From Labilibaculum sp. (lineage in GTDB: Bacteria; Bacteroidota; Bacteroidia; Bacteroidales; Marinifilaceae), in NCBI GenBank assembly GCA_016760525.1, contig JAESUW010000020.1:1044-65043 (forward strand): a stretch of DNA of 64,000 nt. The letters are read 5' to 3'. The translations under genes were made by a program, and so were the position numbers. A model generated the notes under the pieces. It was not told the DNA's origin, did no database searches, and saw only the letters and a program-made list of their open reading frames with translations. Positions 59,155 through 64,000 of the stretch are shown here, one piece after another; position 1 is the first letter of the stretch; each line of letters opens with the position of its first letter.

Positions 59155-60546
59155 ATGGCAGATAAGCAAAGAACATTAGCAAAAGAATTTACTCTTACTG
59201 GAAAGGGACTTCATACAGGATTGGAAGTATCTATAAAGTTTGTACCTGCATCCGAAAATCACGGGTATCAGTTTAAACGTGTAGATTTAGAAGGTCAACC
59301 TACCATTGTGGCAAGTGCCAAGTATGTTGTTGATACTTCAAGAGGAACTGTATTGGAAAAAGGAGAATGTAAAGTTCAAACTGTGGAACACGCACTGTCT
59401 GCTTTGTATGGATTAGGTGTTGATAACTGTTTGATTGAGATGGATTCTGCGGAACCTCCAATTTTGGATGGAAGTGCTAAATTCTATGTGCAGGGAATTG
59501 AGGAAGTTGGAATTGTAGAGCAAAATGCAATTCGTGAGTATTATGTGCCAAAGGAAAAAATAACCTTTAAGGATGAAGCTCGTGGTTCTGAAATTACGAT
59601 TCTACCTGACGATGAATATAGCGTGGATACCATGATTTCATTCGATTCTAAAGTGCTGAGAAATCAATACGCTCGCTTAAATTCGTTAAAAGACTATAAA
59701 GAAGAAATTTCTATGTGTCGTACGTTTGTTTTTGTACGGGAGCTGGAATTTTTGTTAAACCACAATTTAGTTAAAGGTGGAGATTTGGATAATGCCATTG
59801 TTATAATGGACCAATTGATGGAGCAAAAAGAATTAAATCGTATTGCCGATTTGTTTGACCATCAGCATGTTGAGGTGAAGGAAGGGATTTTAAGTAATTT
59901 GGAACTTTATTTTGATAATGAGTGTGCTCGTCACAAATTACTTGATGTAATTGGTGACCTTGCTCTTTGCGGTAAGTTTATAAAAGGAAGGGTTATTGCT
60001 ACCTGTCCTGGTCATGGACCAAATACTGAAATGGCAAAATTATTAATCAAACGAATTAAGAAAGAAATGGGAAAAGATTCAGTTCCGGCTTATGATCCAA
60101 ATAAAGAGCCTGTTTTAGACATTAATGGTGTTATGGGATTATTACCACACCGTCCTCCATTCTTGTTTGTTGACAAAATTATCGATATTCAGGATGATAG
60201 TATCGTGGGTGTGAAAAATGTATCAATGAATGAGCCTTTTTTCGTGGGTCACTTTCCTGAAGAACCTGTAATGCCAGGTGTTTTATTGGTGGAAGCGATG
60301 GCACAATGTGGTGGTATTTTGGTGTTGAACCAAGTTGATGATCCAGAGAATTACTCAACTTATTTCTTAACTCAAAATAACATCAAGTTTAGAAAGAAAG
60401 TTGTACCTGGTGATACCATAATTTTTAAATTACGCTTTCTTTCTCCTATACGTAGGGGAATTGCTAATATGCGCGGTTTAGCTTTTGTTGGTGATACTGT
60501 TGTTGCTGAGGGTGAGTTTATGGCTCAAATCGCAAAGAAAAAATAA
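59155..60546 (+). CDS. lpxC: Bifunctional LpxC deacetylase / FabZ dehydratase
   Basis: GLHTG, TVEH and HKLLDVIGD (LpxC); LPHRPPFLFVD and GHFP..PVMPGVL (FabZ). Confidence 0.96.
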   Translation: MADKQRTLAKEFTLTGKGLHTGLEVSIKFVPASENHGYQFKRVDLEGQPTIVASAKYVVDTSRGTVLEKGECKVQTVEHALSALYGLGVDNCLIEMDSAEPPILDGSAKFYVQGIEEVGIVEQNAIREYYVPKEKITFKDEARGSEITILPDDEYSVDTMISFDSKVLRNQYARLNSLKDYKEEISMCRTFVFVRELEFLLNHNLVKGGDLDNAIVIMDQLMEQKELNRIADLFDHQHVEVKEGILSNLELYFDNECARHKLLDVIGDLALCGKFIKGRVIATCPGHGPNTEMAKLLIKRIKKEMGKDSVPAYDPNKEPVLDINGVMGLLPHRPPFLFVDKIIDIQDDSIVGVKNVSMNEPFFVGHFPEEPVMPGVLLVEAMAQCGGILVLNQVDDPENYSTYFLTQNNIKFRKKVVPGDTIIFKLRFLSPIRRGIANMRGLAFVGDTVVAEGEFMAQIAKKK

Positions 60547-60616
60547 TAATTTGTAACTACTGCTACGCAATACTCCTTTTGATTGGTGTTTTGCATAAAA
60601 TGAAATATAAAAAAAA

Positions 60617-61399
60617 ATGAAGCAACCGTTAGCATATGTACATCCAGAGGCTAAAATCGCTGATAATGTAGTGATTGAGCCCTTTGTTACTATTGACAAA
60701 GATGTTGTAATTGAAGAAGGAACTCGTATTGGGTCGAATGCCACTATCATGGAGGGAACCCGTATTGGTAAAAATTGCGTGGTATTTCCAGGAGCCGTTA
60801 TTGGTGCTGTTCCTCAGGATTTGAAATTCCGCGGCGAAAAAACAACTGTTGAAATTGGAGACAATACAACTATTCGCGAATGTGTTACTATTAACAGAGG
60901 TACTGTGGCCAAAGGTAAAACCATTGTTGGGAGTAACTGTCTGTTAATGGCATACGTGCATATTGCCCACGATTGTATCGTTGGGAGCAACTGTATTATT
61001 GGTAACGCCTGTCAAATTGCAGGAGAAGTGATTATTGACGATTATGCTATTTTAAGTGGATTGGTTGCTGTTCATCAATTTGTACACATTGGGTCGCATG
61101 TAATGATTTCAGGTGGGACTTTGGTGCGTAAAGATGTTCCTCCATATGTGAAGGCAGGACGTGAGCCAATTTCATATATTGGTATAAATTCAATAGGATT
61201 GCGTCGTCGTGAATTTGGAAACGAAAAAATTCGTGAAATTCAGGATGTGTATCGTTATCTATATCAAAAAGGGATGAATAATTCGGCAGCATTAGAAGCT
61301 ATTGAAGCTGAAATGCCTGCTTCTCCTGAGCGTGATGATATCATTCTGTTTGTGAAAAATTCGAAGCGTGGTATTATGAGAGGATATTTTCCTGAGTAA
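60617..61399 (+). CDS. lpxA: UDP-N-acetylglucosamine O-acyltransferase
   Basis: Hexapeptide repeats, PQDLKF, IRECVTINRGT, HIAHDC, VHQF and DVPPY motifs. Confidence 0.96.
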   Translation: MKQPLAYVHPEAKIADNVVIEPFVTIDKDVVIEEGTRIGSNATIMEGTRIGKNCVVFPGAVIGAVPQDLKFRGEKTTVEIGDNTTIRECVTINRGTVAKGKTIVGSNCLLMAYVHIAHDCIVGSNCIIGNACQIAGEVIIDDYAILSGLVAVHQFVHIGSHVMISGGTLVRKDVPPYVKAGREPISYIGINSIGLRRREFGNEKIREIQDVYRYLYQKGMNNSAALEAIEAEMPASPERDDIILFVKNSKRGIMRGYFPE

Positions 61400-61412
61400 T
61401 TCCGATAGATAT

Positions 61413-61449
61413 AAAAAAAGTGAGATCTTCTAAGAGGATCTCACTTTTT
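61413..61449. terminator. Bidirectional terminator after lpxA
   Basis: AAAAAGTGAGATC.TC / GAGGATCTCACTTTTT. Confidence 0.85.
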
Positions 61450-61479
61450 GTTTTTTGTTAATTCGGTTGATTATGGTGT

Positions 61480-61571
61480 TCTCCCATTTTTAGGGGAGAT
61501 GTCCGATAGGACAGAGGGGTGAAAATAAACGACACCCTTTCACCTGTCGGCACTTTCCCTGGAAGGGAAAG
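61480..61571. repeat. Inverted pair of GC-rich REP-like double-hairpin units
   Basis: Unit A is TCTCCC-n-GGGAGA TGTCC-GATA-GGACA GAGGGGTG. The reverse complement of unit B is CTTTCCCT-n-AGGGAAAG TGCCGACAGGTG AAAGGGTG. Confidence 0.6.
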
Positions 61572-61638
61572 ATCATCATTAATTTCTATTTGCTCTATGT
61601 GAAAAAAGAAGCAATGGACTTATCTAGCCTTAATTCTC

Positions 61639-62685
61639 TTACTCTTCCTTTATCGGATTCCATCCTTGTGCTTGTAATTCAATTTCGACACCATCTCTTG
61701 TTACCAAATATTTCCCTTTCGAGATATCGGTGATGTGGCCAATTATTTTCACATCTTCCATTTTTTCGATTGCATCGAATTTATCCAAAGGAACAGTAAA
61801 CAACAGTTCGTAATCTTCACCACCGTTTAATGAGAAAGTACTGTAATTTATATTTAGCTCTTCAGCCATTTTGTGTGTTTCGTAGTCTACAGGAATTTTC
61901 TCCTCGTAAATATGACAGCCAACTTTCGATTCCTCGCAAATGTGCATGATGTCCGACGACAATCCATCAGAAATATCAATCATCGAAGAAGGTACAATCT
62001 TCGCTTCCTGTAAACGCTCATAAATGTCTTTTCGTGCCTCAGGTTTCAATTGACGTTCCAGAATGTAATCATGACCCGTTAAGTCGGGTTGCATGTCTGG
62101 ATTGTTGTCGTAAACACGTTTTTCACGTTCCAGTAATTGTAAGCCGGCAAAGGCAGCACCTAAATTTCCGCTTACGCAGATTAAATCGTTCTCTTTAGCA
62201 CCACTTCGGTAAGCCAATTGATCTGCATCAGCTTCACCAATTGCGGTAACCGAAATACACAAACCAGTTAAAGATGATGTAGTATCCCCACCCACTAAAT
62301 CGACATTGTAATTTTCACAAGCCAAATTGATTCCTTCGTAAATTTCTTCCATTGCTTCTACGGTGAATCGTTTTGAGATTGCGATAGAAACAGTTACCTG
62401 TTTTGGAAGCGCATTCATTGCATAAATATCCGAAACATTCACCGCAATACATTTGTAGCCTAAATGTTTAAGTGGTGTGTACATTAAATCGAAATGGATA
62501 CCTTCCAGCAATAAGTCTGTGGTAACAACGGTTTTTTTATTCTGGTAATCTAAAACAGCAGCATCGTCGCCTACACCAAGATTGGTGCTTGCATGTTTTA
62601 GCTTGATATTTTTAGTTAGGTGTTTTATTAATCCGAATTCTCCTAATGTAGAGATATCAGTACCTTTTGCATTGTTTTCCTGCAT
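61639..62685 (-). CDS. thiL: Thiamine-monophosphate kinase
   Basis: LGEFGLI, GVGDDAAV, NVSDIYAM, LVGGDT, IDISDGL and GGEDYELLFT motifs. Confidence 0.96.
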   Translation of the reverse strand: MQENNAKGTDISTLGEFGLIKHLTKNIKLKHASTNLGVGDDAAVLDYQNKKTVVTTDLLLEGIHFDLMYTPLKHLGYKCIAVNVSDIYAMNALPKQVTVSIAISKRFTVEAMEEIYEGINLACENYNVDLVGGDTTSSLTGLCISVTAIGEADADQLAYRSGAKENDLICVSGNLGAAFAGLQLLEREKRVYDNNPDMQPDLTGHDYILERQLKPEARKDIYERLQEAKIVPSSMIDISDGLSSDIMHICEESKVGCHIYEEKIPVDYETHKMAEELNINYSTFSLNGGEDYELLFTVPLDKFDAIEKMEDVKIIGHITDISKGKYLVTRDGVEIELQAQGWNPIKEE

Positions 62686-62819
62686 AATGTCTTTTGTATA
62701 TTGAAACTAGCTTTTGGCATTATGCCGATATGTAAATGAAAAGTAGCAAGAAGTGTGCGAACTTGACGCTTATTCATTTAATAATCGGTATAGTATCCTT
62801 AATTATTCATATTTGCCTG

Positions 62820-62827
62820 CAAAGGTA
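62820..62827 (-). promoter_or_regulatory. Sigma-A -7 element for thiL
   Basis: TACCTTTG on the minus strand. Confidence 0.45.
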
Positions 62828-62894
62828 GATAAAAAATGGGAACTGTGAAGGTGGTACTATTGGTACTGTTTTACTTATAAGGATGTCATTAAAT

Positions 62895-62926
62895 AAAAAT
62901 TCCCCGGAGGTTTACTATCCGGGGAA
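62895..62926 (-). terminator. Terminator of the GH13 gene
   Basis: TTCCCCGGA / TCCGGGGAA stem with an A-run to the left on the + strand. Confidence 0.7.
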
Positions 62927-63020
62927 AATATTTATACAGCCTTATTTTTTTTTATTAAAACAGAGTCTGTTTATTTGAGTATTTCGTTTACAAATCTATT
63001 TTTAAACAGAATGAGGTTTT

Positions 63021-64000
63021 TTAATTTTTTAGTATTAGATAGGAGAATGCTTGCATCGAAATGGAATTTTCCAGCAACACATCTGAACCATCGAGTGCAT
63101 GCTTCCAATTTGTATTGGAAAGAGAGGCAGGTATCTGATAATCCACTGAGGTTTCGCGAACATTAACAATTATCAATACCTCCTCTATTTCGGAAATTCG
63201 TTTGAAAGCAACAATCTCGTTGTTTGAAAATGATTCGATAGAACCTGTTTTTACAGCATTGCTGTTGTTCCTAAAGTTCATCAGTTTTTTGTATTCTACC
63301 CATATCTCAGGATTGATTGACCAATCAATTTTTGTTGTTCCTCCGCTGAAAAATGAAAGTTCAACCGGACATCCAACTTCTTGTCCGTTATAAAGTAAAG
63401 GAACACCTCCCATGTAGGAAGAAAGAACAAATGCGGCCATTGAACCTTTGTTTCCCTTAAAAATACTGATTGGACTTTCTTCAGAATTAAAATCGTGATT
63501 GGTTGTAAACCGAATAATCTCTGAGCCGGAAGGGATGTCGGTATAATCACTTGTATTGGCATTTGTTAATTCACTCGCAGACACAGCTTCGGTAAATATT
63601 TCTTTGAGTTTGCCATAAAAATCCCAGCCAAAAACCATATCAAATCCAGAGGAATACAAGTCTTTATCTGTAGCTTCGGCAAACATGATGATTTCCCGAT
63701 CCGGAATATTCCGCAAAGTATCAATTGCCTGTTTCCAGAAATCAGCAGGAACACCTTCGGCATAATCGCAGCGGTAACCATCGATATTTGCTGTTAATAT
63801 CCAGTACTTCATTGCACTGATCATTTCGTTGCGCATATCGGTGCTGGAATAATTTAAATCGGCAACATCGTCCCATCCCATCCCTGAAGGGCTAATTATA
63901 TTCCCGGAATCATCCTGTGTATACCATGATTTATTTTCTACCCATGCATTATCCCAGGCTGTATGATTGGCAACCCAATCCATAATAACTGCCATGTTTC
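63021..64000 (-). CDS. GH13 alpha-amylase family glycoside hydrolase; 5' end lies outside the window
   Basis: DWVANHT, DGYRCDYA (nucleophile), MFAE (acid/base), TTNHD and LLYNGQE motifs; frame is open to the window edge. Confidence 0.9.
   Translation of the reverse strand, partial: NMAVIMDWVANHTAWDNAWVENKSWYTQDDSGNIISPSGMGWDDVADLNYSSTDMRNEMISAMKYWILTANIDGYRCDYAEGVPADFWKQAIDTLRNIPDREIIMFAEATDKDLYSSGFDMVFGWDFYGKLKEIFTEAVSASELTNANTSDYTDIPSGSEIIRFTTNHDFNSEESPISIFKGNKGSMAAFVLSSYMGGVPLLYNGQEVGCPVELSFFSGGTTKIDWSINPEIWVEYKKLMNFRNNSNAVKTGSIESFSNNEIVAFKRISEIEEVLIIVNVRETSVDYQIPASLSNTNWKHALDGSDVLLENSISMQAFSYLILKN

Noticed and set aside
59155-60546. LpxC-FabZ fusion
   Set aside because: Standard in Bacteroidota.
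62686-62820. Possible TPP riboswitch upstream of thiL
   Set aside because: No CUGAGA-type core or TPP aptamer pairing is visible on the minus strand.

Overview
AT-rich chromosomal window from a Bacteroidota bacterium. The SprA translocon, LpxC/FabZ fusion, TAnnTTTG promoters and A-rich start regions without Shine-Dalgarno motifs support this, and the gene set suggests a marine Marinilabiliales/Marinifilaceae-like organism (inference). Most of it is housekeeping: lower mevalonate pathway, sucCD, rnhA/rnhB, two initiator tRNAs, dxr-rseP-tatA, mltD, pepA, pdxA, ruvA-sprA-gcvH, rimP-nusA-infB, lpxD-lpxC/fabZ-lpxA, thiL and a partial GH13. Two loci stand out. (1) 12206-18798 is an eight-gene operon: YbjN/CesT-like chaperone, PspA, DUF4178, a membrane/lipoprotein with a Ser/Arg/Gly tail ending RSGGFGK, DUF350, a membrane-anchored aminopropyltransferase, AdoMet decarboxylase and a K+ channel. 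It looks like an envelope-stress system with dedicated aminopropylation chemistry. (2) 22522-25517 encodes an exported Shewanella-like phosphatase, DUF4956 and an exported CotH-like kinase, a candidate extracytoplasmic phosphorylation switch. Also notable are a Fic protein lacking its catalytic His, co-occurrence of MVA genes and dxr, tandem TPR histidine kinases with near-identical kinase modules, an internally deleted IS4-family element set in terminator-like hairpins, and several small palindromic or MITE-like repeats. All family assignments come from motif recognition by eye; no searches were run.
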